A stretch of DNA of 62,959 bases, the filler included, from Octopus bimaculoides (lineage: Eukaryota): assembly GCF_001194135.2 (NCBI RefSeq). It is 4 parts of 4 records of this genome, joined end to end, with 100 filler letters (N's around TTAATTAATTAA, not from the genome) between each part and the next. Parts side by side here need not be neighbours in the genome. Positions count along the whole stretch, not along the records: positions 36,944 to 60,749 come from NC_068984.1; 3 more parts are not named here. One strand, 5' to 3'. Below are positions 36,955 to 50,028 of the stretch, one piece after another (within the stretch, counting starts at the first letter, position 1; each line of letters opens with the position of its first letter). The notes beneath the pieces are model-generated. The model ran no database searches. It had not been told where the DNA came from and saw only the letters and a list, made by a program, of their open reading frames with translations. Position numbers and translations under genes: made by a program.

Positions 36955-37790
36955 TATAAAGAATAAAAAGTTTTGAATGGTACAACAATGCACTATAATA
37001 CAAAAAATAGACTATATACCTGTTATGCTTCCTTAAAATACCCCATTTTAGCGAGAAGATAACTAGAGCCATCCGAAGAGCCATAAGAAGAGAAGGGCTA
37101 GACATACAACTAGCCCACTCCGGCCCCTCTCTGAGAGAACACCCCGCAAAGAAATGAACACGGGACAACAATCAATGCACACTAACAGATTATCCCATCC
37201 GTGACACAGATTTATGCCAACGGGTAAATGTTATGTATAGAATACAATGTAGCAAATGCAACAAGTTCTATGTGGGTAGCACAACAAGACCGTTACACGC
37301 CTGCATCAAAGAACATCTGAACACGAGGGCCTCCTCCTTCAGAAAACATCTAGACAGATGCCAGAACCCCAACAGTCACAATTGAGGCCAATGAAAAAAA
37401 TTGGGTAATTTAAGAATTAAGGAAGCTATACGCATGCACAGACTAGGATCCCAAATTAACAACAGTCTGGAGGCTGGTAATCAATATATAATTTAACTAC
37501 ATCTGGATGCGTGTAGGTTTGTTTTTGATATGCTCATCTTTTGTTTATAACAAAAAAAAAAGAGGAAAAAAAGGGAAAAAGAGGAAGATGCATAACTTAG
37601 AAGTATAACTTAGAAGCAACGTGTACCAACACACACGAAATTTAGACATAGCCGACCTCACGCACTTCTCATGAAGAATTCCGGAAGAAGCTTCGTGAGA
37701 CCTCTGCTGAAAGGCTTCCGAAAAAAGAAAAGCCGTTGGAAAACCGATAATAGCAGCGACTCCATCTAAGAATATATGAAGAAGGACATA
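36955..37790 (+). mobile_element. Penelope-like element, 5'-truncated (GIY-YIG domain plus pLTR)
   Basis: FLKIPHFSEKITRAIRRAIRREGLDIQLAHSGPSL...NVMYRIQCSKCNKFYVGSTTRPLHACIKEH...LRIKEAI; the downstream segment matches 48600-48800. Confidence 0.92.
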
Positions 37791-37860
37791 TATATGCATA
37801 TATGTATTAGCGTGTATGAAAACAGTTTTACCGCATATAAGCATATATAGATATATATAT

Positions 37861-38767
37861 ATACTAGCTGATGTGCCCGGTAATTCCCGGGAAAGCGGGT
37901 CTTATTCTTTGGTTCCGTTCTCATAATCCAGTAATAGCAATACAAGGTATGGATCCCTTAAAACGGTTTTTGTGTATTTACAGAGGATACCGAACTGTCT
38001 TACAGAAGATCTTGTTTTTAGGAATTCTCAATAAGTTATGAATACCCAAATTGTGAAGTCAATTATGTAATAACAAAAATTAGTTACCCAATAGAAAGAA
38101 TTCAAATAAAATAGCCCCGAAAAAAGGGCTTTAATGCGTTCCCAAAGTATATAGAACATAGGAGGAAATACTAATAAGGTATGTATACTAAAATCGTATA
38201 GCATGTTACGTAATAAAAGGCTAATCAGATATGAGATAATAACAATTCTAAGTAAATAACTCTGAAAAGGGCTTTTGTGCGTTCCCAGAGAATATTACCC
38301 TCAGGGGCGCTAGTGTTGGTATATTCGTGAATAAGTCACTAACCGAAATAAGTGGATCTATTGTTTAGGAAAATACTATTTACCTGTTTAAAGTTTGTAC
38401 TGGATAAATTCCGAAAATAAGTCTAACAGTACTAAGAAATAAGCATACTCAATTACTTTTTTACCAAATGATTTAAGAAAAAAAATTGGTTATTTCCCTT
38501 GGCTATATATAAGGATCCCTTCCAGGGGCGAATGGGTTCCTTCCCTTGGTTTTTAGGATAAATTATATTAGATATATATGGATCCCTTCCAGGGGCCCTA
38601 TTATCGATGATTTTTTTCAACAATCTGAGTATGCCATGGGGTTTCCAGACATGAGTTCTACTCACGTGTCAAGTTTCATAAAAATCGATAAAACGATGTA
38701 GGAGGAGTTAGCTAACAACTCTACAAACACACCCAGAGACATAATTTCCCACATATTTAGTAGATAT
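37861..38767 (+). mobile_element. Helitron/DINE-1-like non-autonomous element
   Basis: Starts atactagc...cccggtaattcccggg and ends gtgtcaagtttcataaaaatcg...gtaggaggagttag...tagtagat, the termini typical of DINE/Lep1-type elements; a related 5' end occurs at 51953. Confidence 0.7.
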
Positions 38768-39065
38768 ATTTGTAGTAAGTTATAACTTTGATGTGACAAT
38801 TACCTGATTCAGTTCAGTTCTTCAATATACCATTGATACATATTTTATACGCCAACGTTATCGCTCCTCCAGAAGAGCTAGGAGTTGAACCTAAAATAAA
38901 GAAAACGATTTGACTTTGCTAGCGAGTCTGTAAAGCATAGAAATTGAAGGAAGGAAAAAAAAGGATGGAAGGAAGGAATATAAGAGAAATGAGCAAGAAA
39001 AATAAGAGAAAACTGACAGGAGATATAGTGAAAGAGAAGGAAGAGACAAGTAGAAAGAAATGAAT

Positions 39066-39069
<4 letters not shown>

Positions 39070-39122
<53 letters not shown>

Positions 39123-39165
39123 AGAGAGAGAGAAAGAGAAAAAGAGAAAGAGAGAGAGAGAGTGT
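39070..39165. repeat. (GA)n microsatellite
   Basis: Directly visible. Confidence 0.95.
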
Positions 39166-39629
39166 GTGCGTAATGTGTAACAAGCATTGCCACCTGCTAC
39201 TAAATTTCACAACCAAAAATCTCTCAAAAAGGTTTTCCGTACCACTGAGCAAGTAATTTCAGCGATTCGTTTTGTACGTGGCGCCGGAATGGCTTTCTGG
39301 GTATATTTTACTGAAATATATTTGTATGGATATTCTCGTTTTATTTTCTAAATTTCTCTTCACAACAGAAAGAGGGGAAAAATTCGTCGCTAGATTCGTC
39401 TCCAATCCCGAAACAAGACTGTTTGCAACAATTTTAACATTGGAAAATTACATGACATCAACGAGACAGTCATATATGTATATATGTAGTTACACGTGTA
39501 CTTTACAACGCATAAATGGAATTGCATCTAGGATATCTCTGCTTTGGTATACCAAAGATTCAATCTCTGGAATGTTTTACATAATTGACAATTCTATAAA
39601 TAGATTGTCAATTTAATGTCATATTTAGC

Positions 39630-39960
39630 ATTTTTGTTTCTGGCCAGTTGGATTTCAACTACTCATGAATGCTGTTGAGGCAGTTAGTGTTACAATCCAA
39701 GTATCATCAGCATTATCGGCATAAATCTAGGGCTATTGTCAGACTGGCTTAACAGCAAATTTCTCGTTAGTTTGGCATAGTTGTTTTCTTCTTCACTATT
39801 CTTTAACATCATAACATTTGTCGGGAAATTTATTTCTACAGCTATGCACACTCTCTTTCCATGTAGCAAACCATAATGTCTGGTCTGTTGTACTGAAGTT
39901 TTGACAGGAGCCATCCACTGATATTGATTTATATTATGGGTGCACATGTCCTCTACATCT
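39630..39960 (-). mobile_element. REL-type (R2 superfamily) LINE endonuclease fragment
   Basis: Across a frameshift: NRPDIMVCYMERE/CIAVEINFP...KNSEEENNYAKLTRNL...FMPI, matching the RPDIV....C.IVEISCP...EKE..Y..L REL motif. Confidence 0.7.
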
Positions 39961-40247
39961 CTGTAACTGCTTATATCTATATCTTCATGATCAGTTAATC
40001 TTTGACGACTATACTATGACTTGTTTTCGGGGTTTTTTTATCAATATTAAAGTTGCTCCGTAAAGACTGCTCAACACATTGTGTAGAGTATATAGTTTAT
40101 TTTAGCTAAATTACTTTTCTTGCAACTAATGTTTCAGACCATCGCAAGTGCCGAGTTTTGTGGCATAAAATTAGTCCAGCGGATTTATCTAGCATTGAAG
40201 TTAGATAAATTGAATGCGCGCGCGCGCATGTGTAGCTGTGTGCATAG

Positions 40248-40322
40248 GAGCAGGAATGGCAGTGTGGTAAGAAGCTTGGTTTCCAACCACATGTTCCGGG
40301 TTCAGTCCCACTGCGTGGCACA
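40248..40322 (+). mobile_element. SINE family A head, truncated
   Basis: ggcagtgtggtaagaagcttggtttccaaccacatgttccgggttcagtcccactgcgtggcac. Confidence 0.85.
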
Positions 40323-40910
40323 CTTTCCTCTAGTGAGGAACACAACGTCTTTCCATACTGGATGCAGACACATTTCCACTACCTTCCTACTCGCTGTATC
40401 CAATCTTCGATTTCAATACAACAGTCTTATAAAATGACTCTGCATTTTGGGGCTTTTTCCAATATTTTGCCGGGAGGAGATATTGTTAGTTCCTGCCCCT
40501 CCCGCTTTAACATTCCTTTGAATTTCTCCAGTTCTTTAGTATCTATTGTTAGACTTCTTCTGGCCACTCCCGCGGCTGCCGCAAAATTCGTCTTTCCAGT
40601 CTCCTTAGAGGGAGACACAACTGTTTTGGGTTCCATATTCACAGGAGACCCAATTGCCTTTTTTTCATCCTCTTTAACAGGAGACACAATTTGTTTTCCC
40701 ATATTTTTACATTCCCCTTCACAGGAGACACAATGTTTTTGATAGCCGTTTTATTTTTTGTGGGGTGGGGAGACATTTTTTTCTCCCGACATATACTCCT
40801 TTACAGCAGCCACAACTTTTCTTTGCTCCTTCACAGAGCTTAACACTCCTTTTGAAGATACAACTACTCCTTCAGACAGCTCCGAAGAGCTAACGGTTTC
40901 GAATTCCATT
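40323..40910 (-). mobile_element. Probable L1/Tx1-type ORF1 N-terminal region
   Basis: From the ATG near 40910: MEFETVSSSELSEG...(stop)...GKQIVSPVKEDEKK...TNFAAAAGVARRSL...KCRVIL. A low-complexity N-terminus followed by an (S/N)(Y/F)AAAA motif is typical of L1/Tx1 ORF1; the assignment is inferred. Confidence 0.55.
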
Positions 40911-41289
40911 TTTTTTTAACAGTGCTACTCCCTTCGAACAAGGGGAAAGCGTACACAAACGCCGTGAACAGCAACAACAAGGTTTTTTGACAAATAGCAG
41001 TTCAACAAATAACAGTTCAACAAGTAACAGTTCAATAAATATAACTTACATATAAACTCACGACGTAAGACAAAGAATTTTACAATCAAGTCAGAGGGGA
41101 CAATACAAAACACAAGTCGATAAAAGCGAATGAATTTCACAATGAAATGGACCAATTAAAATTTCTGAAAATATACCGAATGATTTAAACAAGCAATGAA
41201 GTTGGGGACGGGTTCGGCCCCAACCCCACAAGCCCCGTTCGGCCCCAACCCCACAAGCCCCGTTCCACCACTGAGACCTTTTAATTTTT

Positions 41290-41920
41290 CTTCATTGTTT
41301 ACACTTACGTCTGGTCATTTGTACCTAGCATTCATACCACTTTCTTCCATCTTTTGTTATATATCGGAGATGGCAGACAACTCTTCTCCAGCCGTATTTT
41401 CCTTTTGAGGTGGAAAAATAAAGAATGTTACTAAACCTTGCCTGGAGGTGAAGATGCCTGTCGCTACTCCTTTTATTCGAGACTTCCATACTACCTCTTT
41501 CGCCATAGCAATTACAACGAGAAAACAAACCTTTTCTTCCTTGTTAAAGGAAGACGGTGGAGTAATCTTAATGATTGATTCGGACGACAGCTGTACTCTT
41601 CCCATAAAGGCACAATTCCGAGATTTTCGGATATTGTACAATATTAAAGATAATAACCTATAGCAGGACCAGTCCAAAATTTTCTAACACAAAAAAAAAC
41701 TTGATTGTGAAAGTCTTGTTCATCCTGATGAGGGGGTCATTGCCGAGATGCACCTTAACTCGTAATCGGACCGCGACAGTGAACTCCCGAAATGGCAATA
41801 GATGTGTTTTGACTAGATTTTGTGGAACTCTCTTATGCTCTTTCGACTTCAACCTACCATGGTTTTTATGAAAAGAACTGCTTTGACATATTTTTAATAG
41901 AGGGGAGTAAAAACTCTTTT
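41290..41920 (-). mobile_element. L1/Tx1-type ORF2 C-terminal region
   Basis: Degenerate zinc-knuckle region, then VCFLVVIAMAKEVVWKSR (cf. Tx1 LL.LAK..IWK.R) and a terminal RWKKVV motif. Confidence 0.7.
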
Positions 41921-42601
41921 AGTCGTTTGATGTTTTTTTTTTGTTTTTTAGTCACTTGACACGCTTTAGTAATTCATTGTGGTTACTTATTTTAGTCGAT
42001 CGTTTATAAATTTTCTTGACAGGCCTTTCTATATATTTTGTATTTTTATGTGCNNNNNNNNNNNNNNNNNNNNNNNNNNNNNNNNNNNNNNNNNNNNNNN
42101 NNNNNNNNNNNNNNNNNNNNNNNNNNNNNNNNNNNNNNNNNNNNNNNNNNNNNNNNNNNNNNNNNNNNNNNNNNNNNNNNNNNNNNNNNNNNNNNNNNNN
42201 NNNNNNNNNNNNNNNNNNNNNNNNNNNNNNNNNNNNNNNNNNNNNNNNNNNNNNNNNNNNNNNNNNNNNNNNNNNNNNNNNNNNNNNNNNNNNNNNNNNN
42301 NNNNNNNNNNNNNNNNNNNNNNNNNNNNNNNNNNNNNNNNNNNNNNNNNNNNNNNNNNNNNNNNNNNNNNNNNNNNNNNNNNNNNNNNNNNNNNNNNNNN
42401 NNNNNNNNNNNNNNNNNNNNNNNNNNNNNNNNNNNNNNNNNNNNNNNNNNNNNNNNNNNNNNNNNNNNNNNNNNNNNNNNNNNNNNNNNNNNNNNNNNNN
42501 NNNNNNNNNNNNNNNNNNNNNNNNNNNNNNNNNNNNNNNNNNNNNNNNNNNNNNNNNNNNNNNNNATCACCAACTTTAATTTCGAGTAAAACTTCAATAA
42601 A

Positions 42602-43071
42602 AATATTCTGCTTAATATTCTGCTTAATATTCTGCTTAATACCACAGATTTGCTTGTCAGTTGTTTGACCATAACCAGTTGAGCATGTCTCTTAGTGGCT
42701 GACAATATGTGCATCTCTGACCATGAGCAGAAGTAGTGGGGTAGCATCATAGCCATGTGTTGAGAGGAATTCTTTGGGGTTTGAATAATTCACCTTTGGA
42801 AACATGGGTGTTTTGCTCATCATCCTTAAACAAACCTTATTCAGGGACTTTTTGAGTGGGATGGGCTACTCGACCTGAAGAAATTCTAACTGGGCCCCAC
42901 CTGCGAGATCATGCGTTGTTTATCTTGATATGAAATCACCATGTCACGTACATATGGTTGTGTTGCATGTGCCTGGTGTACCCTTATCAGACGGATAGTT
43001 ATGATGGGTATACTGAGCTTTGTATATTTTACCCCAGTGTCACTTTGATGGCATGCACTGCTCTCTCACTC
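42602..43071 (+). mobile_element. About 550-bp non-coding (AAT)n-associated repeat, 5'-truncated copy
   Basis: Aligns at high identity with 54910-55334 and 55560-56006; followed by (AAT)n at 43073-43161. Confidence 0.9.
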
Positions 43072-43072
43072 G

Positions 43073-43161
<89 letters not shown>

Positions 43162-43163
<2 letters not shown>

Positions 43164-43533
43164 CAGCAGATGACAACGTTTCTCTAAAAGAAATGGAAAA
43201 ACTTTCAAAATACAAAGACCTGGAAATAGAGATAACTCGAATGTGGAATCTAAAAACAGAAACAATTCCTATCATAGTAGGTGCCTTAGGTATAATAAAA
43301 AAATATTCAGACAAATACATAACAAAAACACCAGGACTTACAAATATATATAACATACAGAAAATTGCACTACTGGGTACTGCACACATTCTACGCAAAA
43401 CACTTTCAATACAGTAAACATAAGAGCACCACAGCAAACCACAGCACATACCCAAGGCGCACAGAGCTGCGCTCGGTAGTGAAGTGAAAGCACGTTATAA
43501 AAATAAAACTACTGAACAATAATAATAATAATT
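43162..43533 (+). mobile_element. R4/Dong-like LINE 3' end
   Basis: KEMEKLSKYKDLEIEITRMWNLKTETIPIIVGALG...IQKIALLGTAHILRKTLSIQ* plus 3' UTR and (AAT)n tail. Confidence 0.92.
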
Positions 43534-45210
43534 ATGGATGTATCAGTTCTGAATGAACTTGCTAGAAGAGTAAATGTTAGGACGAAACAAGCTGGAAAAA
43601 TCAAGCAAAAATATAAAATCAAAGATTTTATAAACCACCCTGCAACCAAGGAACGAGTGAAACAACGAATACAACTGAACACAAACGGATCAGAAGGTAT
43701 GACAAAAGAATCAAATTTTATCGATAAAACAGGGTATTCAAGACGGATGCAAAACTTTTACAAGGAAATTGACAAAAACAAGATAGAAGTACAGGAGTCA
43801 CCTAAGACTAAGAAAATGGAAGAGTTCTGGAAGAAGGTATGGAGCAACAAAAAAGAAAATAATGCTGAAGTTCACTGGATAGAACGTGAGAAAGTGAGAC
43901 TGGATGAAGTTGAGGAACAAGAACGGGAGACAATAGGAGTAGAAGAGCTAAGATGTCTTCTTAGAAAGTATCGCAAATGGAGAACCGCAGAAGTGGACCG
44001 GATCCCTAACTTCTGGCTGAATTGTTTGACAGAAGTACATCAAAATTTTGCTGCGTCCCTAACTGATGTCATCCAGAACCCAGAGCAAATGCTACCAAAA
44101 ACTGAAAACACGAAAAATTCAAAGAACTACTGACCAATTACATATCTCAACACCACCTTCACGATCCTCATATCGATACTAACTGAAAGAATACACACTT
44201 TCCTTGAACAGAACTCTTTCCTTCCACAATCTCAAAAAAGGTTTAAAAGGAATTCTTATGGATGCAAAGATCAATTACTCATAAACAAAATTATTGTAGA
44301 GAATTGCCGGAGCAACATGAAGAACCTGGCTACAGGAAAGTGTTTGATGGTGTCCCACGTGATTGGCTACTCAAGGCCCTTGAGATATACAAGATCTCTC
44401 ATGCATTCTCCAAATTCTTACAAGGTAGCATGGCCAAGTGGAATACACCTCTCCTTCCACCAGGCCAACGTTCTTCAAAACGGTTCTAACCCTAAATGCA
44501 GATTCTGCGATAAATTTGACGAAACAATAGACCGTCTCGTCTCGAGATGTCCTGTATTGACACCAAACGAATACAAAAATCGCTACAATAGGGTAGGGCA
44601 GTCTTTACATTGGGAAATATGTAAACACTACAAAATCAACACTCCTTACTGGTATGAACATCATCCTGAACCAGTCATTGAAGGTAAAAATGCTACTATC
44701 CTCTGAGATTTTCCAGTCAACACCAATGGAACAATCCAGGCTAATCAACTAGACATAATTATTAAAGACAGGGAAGAAAATACTTGTACGCTAATAAATG
44801 TAAGTGCTCCCATAGATAAAAATATATCTGTAAAGGAATTTGACAATTTAAGTAAATATAAGAACCAGGAAACTGAAATACAAAAGATGTGGCATCTTAA
44901 AACGAGAACTGTCCCTGTTATTGTGGGTGCCCTAGGTATGATAAAAACGGGATGTCAGAAACATCTAGATAATATCCCAGGAGAACCATGTCTCAGAGAA
45001 ATCCAAAAGATTGTGCTAACAAGTACTTCCCGCATCCTTAGAAAAACCCTGTCAATTTAAATGTCTGTGTCGTATTACATGAAGATATTTTGCTACTTTC
45101 CCTCCCACTCTACCTCCCCAAGCTTTTAGTCATACTGTAACATCTCTTATTCTTCTCTCGCCCTAGGACGCAGATTAAAAGTAAATAACAATAATAATAA
45201 TAATAATAAA
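43534..45210 (+). mobile_element. Second R4/Dong-like LINE, 5'-truncated and internally deleted
   Basis: RT start (DRIPNFWLN...PITYLNTT...GCKDQLLINK...YRKVFDGVPRDWL) jumps to CRFCDKFDETIDRLVSRCP...RYNRVGQSLHWEIC...WYEHHP and REL...VIVGALG...ILRKTLSI*; 3' UTR ends in (AAT)n. Confidence 0.93.
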
Positions 45211-46469
45211 TACTAACCAATTCCTGTACATTAAATTATATTTCATATAAACAAAACTTTCCAAAAAAGACACATATTAAATAAACACCAGTAAATAAAA
45301 ATAAAGACATAAATTCAACTTAATAACAGTACTTTACACCAAATAAACACTAAAAAAGCTACACATATATATTTACAATATAATATGAACACAACATGCA
45401 ATGAGTTCAAATCTAACAGAAGTCAAATTGACCTTTCATGCTCTCGAAGTCGATAAAAAATTACCCATCGAAGGCTGCCTCGTGTTATTTATTCCGGCTC
45501 TTCGTAGTCTGAATTTAAATCTCGGCATGTCCCACCTGGATGGTGAACTTAATCCATTACCAAGTTTAAACCCACTACGTGGTACCTTTAGGAGAGTTCA
45601 TACACTGTATTACAAGCTTTCGGGACAGGTCTCTAGTTTGAAGACACTTTTTTCCTTCCCTCTCTCCAGCAATTTTAGAAGCCCTCTAAAAAGAGTCATT
45701 CCCCCCACTTCTCAATAAAGAGTAAAATAATCATAAATAGAAAAAGTCATAAATTTGATCAACACGAAAACCCAAACCACTGTAATACATTTCCGATGAC
45801 TAATGAAATTTATGAATTCATAACCAACCATGGCAGTTCAAAGCATCCTGATTATATGAGCAACGTTGGACATAAAGCTACGATAATATCCCACCAGTTT
45901 ACCATACATTTACGAGTAGCTGCTGCAACACAGTCCGTTACATCAGACAAAACTTGACAGAAAAAAAATGAGTTGGTAACACAACAATCTTAAATACAAT
46001 TTGAAAACCAAACGGAAGGAGATTCGCTTGTAAAGTAAGATTTATAGCTATGTACAATTATGCATAGATAATACAACCTATGAATAAACTAAGACCAGAT
46101 ACTGAAACTCAAGAAATAAGGGTGAAGGAAATGTTAACTCGTGCCGTAGCTACATTCTCATTAAGATAAGATCATTGCGTGAATGTTGCCTATTAAAACA
46201 GCAATAATGAATATCATAAAACAGCAATAATGAATATCATTAAAAGCAATTCAACCTGACATTTAGGTGTGTTGATAGACCCAGCTAGTTTATTGCTTCA
46301 ATAAACGTAGAGAAAAAATAAGGGAACAGGAAAAATATCACTAATTTTTATTAGTGATATTGGTAAAATTTTAACAAACGTTCGTACACTCATATATAAA
46401 TATAAATATATATGTGTGTGTATGTATGCGCGCGCGCGTTATATGCATGTCTATGTTTGTGTATATATT

Positions 46470-46517
<48 letters not shown>

Positions 46518-47903
46518 TATATCACACATACAGATCAAAATTCATACATATGTATACACATGCAAACTCTGCCATACATGCACACACAAACACATACGTG
46601 AGTGAATAAACAAAGGAAAGGAAGGAACACTCAATATGCATTTAGTTAGAGTTAAAAATATCAAGTAAGAGTTTGGACTCAGTTTCACATTACTTTAAGT
46701 TTCGTGGTTGTAGAACACACCCAACTTCGATAAGAACTGAGAGAATTTAAAGGAAATTTAAAATCTGTTTAGGCCTACATTGACCAACTCAGGTCACGTA
46801 GTTGTTTTTAGCCATTATATCGACATATGTTTGTTTTTGTGATGAGAAGAAAGAATGAAAGAATAAGTCTGTGTGTATGTATGTGTATGTGAGCTGTTCA
46901 TGTCTGGTCCACCTCTTGAAACATTTGAACACCACAAAGAACACCATAATTCGACAAAGGTATTATTCACTCAAACTGATCCATAACTGATTGGAAATTT
47001 GTTATAAATGTATATTTTTCTATATATTTTACTTCTTAGAATACTGAAGCACAAAGCAGTAAACCTATACATAATATCGAGTAAATATGGGAGTAAAACA
47101 AAAAAAAACTTCGGATAGTAGGGGTCGAAAGCTGTCCCTGGTGCTCGGACCCTCATCTTTTGTTACTATGACAGAAGCTCTCCTAAAGGACTAAAGCAAT
47201 CCATCGAACTTTATCCTCCATTTTAGAAACTTTATTCTTAGCAGCGAGAATTGTATGTTATTCGGCTCATAAGATTTTAAAAGACTTGAGATAGACGGGA
47301 AACAATTTTGGGGGCGGGGACATTGAAACTCGAAGCAGTAAAGAAACAAATAATAGCCTGTGAATTTCGGGTTTAAAAAACCGTTTGGATAGAAAAGGAA
47401 TTATTTCTTGCTTACCTTTGTTTTTAAACCGTTATGGCTTCAACAATATATATANNNNNNNNNNNNNNNNNNNNNNNNNNNNNNNNNNNNNNNNNNNNNN
47501 NNNNNNNNNNNNNNNNNNNNNNNNNNNNNNNNNNNNNNNNNNNNNNNNNNNNNNNNNNNNNNNNNNNNNNNNNNNNNNNNNNNNNNNNNNNNNNNNNNNN
47601 NNNNNNNNNNNNNNNNNNNNNNNNNNNNNNNNNNNNNNNNNNNNNNNNNNNNNNNNNNNNNNNNNNNNNNNNNNNNNNNNNNNNNNNNNNNNNNNNNNNN
47701 NNNNNNNNNNNNNNNNNNNNNNNNNNNNNNNNNNNNNNNNNNNNNNNNNNNNNNNNNNNNNNNNNNNNNNNNNNNNNNNNNNNNNNNNNNNNNNNNNNNN
47801 NNNNNNNNNNNNNNNNNNNNNNNNNNNNNNNNNNNNNNNNNNNNNNNNNNNNNNNNNNNNNNNNNNNNNNNNNNNNNNNNNNNNNNNNNNNNNNNNNNNN
47901 NNN

Positions 47904-49029
<1,126 letters not shown>

Positions 49030-49057
49030 CATACATACACGCATATATATACGTGTA

Positions 49058-49262
49058 CAGTAATCCCTCTCAACTATCGCGGGTGGTACGTTCGAAAACC
49101 TCCCTCAGAAATAATTGAAATCTAAAACATATAAATACTTATTGGCCGCGGAAACCCAGATATACTGAGGAGTCCGCGATATAATATACATATATTAGCC
49201 AGAAAAATTCGCGATGTACTGAGTGCGTGATAGGTGAACCGTGATATGGTGAGGGATTATTG
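49058..49262. mobile_element. Tc1/mariner (pogo/Tigger-like) MITE, 205 bp
   Basis: TA-cagtaatccctc...gagggattattg-TA termini; a second copy lies at 51874-52258. Confidence 0.88.
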
Positions 49263-49899
49263 TATACGTGTATATGCGCGCGCGTGTGTATTTATGTATT
49301 CTTCTGGTGGTGCTTTAGAAGTGTGAACATTGATTGAGTTCTCATGAGAGGTAGATGGACGAGTTGAGAGAACCAACTAGAAATTTTATCGATTCTCACT
49401 GTATGATCATGACCATCAAGATGTGTCCAAAGGCTAAAAGTCCCAGACAAGCGATTCTAAGTTTGTTCCGGAGGATGATATACCTCATCGGTCTCAGAAC
49501 TGTGATCTGGTCTTGTTCCGAGTTAAAGTCTTAGTTACAGAAAAATCTATTAAAGTCTTGAAGATCTGATATAGATATATTGACTTATATAGGGCAAATA
49601 TTGTCAAGTTATACATCTGTTATAGACAAGAGATAGACCTAGACTTGCGTTATAAACCTGTTATAGAGCTAACCTATCACATACCCGTATGACTCGAAAA
49701 AGTTAAAAGTAACAAGATGACTCCATGAAGAGTAAACGATGAATTTAGAATATCGCATTTATAGGAAATAAGTTATTTACAACTACATTTGGAAGAAGTA
49801 TGTTTAATACCATATTTGTGAGAGCATATATAGTATACATCTGTAATTTATCATCTAGAGAGGATTCGATCTTCAAAAACTGCCGCCTATGTGTCAAGA

Positions 49900-49956
49900 G
49901 AAGGAGGTAGATAGACAGAGAGACAGAGACAGACAGACAGACAGACAGATACATAG

Positions 49957-50028
<72 letters not shown>
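49900..50028. repeat. Compound (GACA)n/(GATA)n/(GA)n microsatellite
   Basis: Directly visible. Confidence 0.95.

Noticed and set aside
49300-49740. Possible solo LTR or other repeat
   Set aside because: No TG...CA termini, TSD or second copy could be identified.
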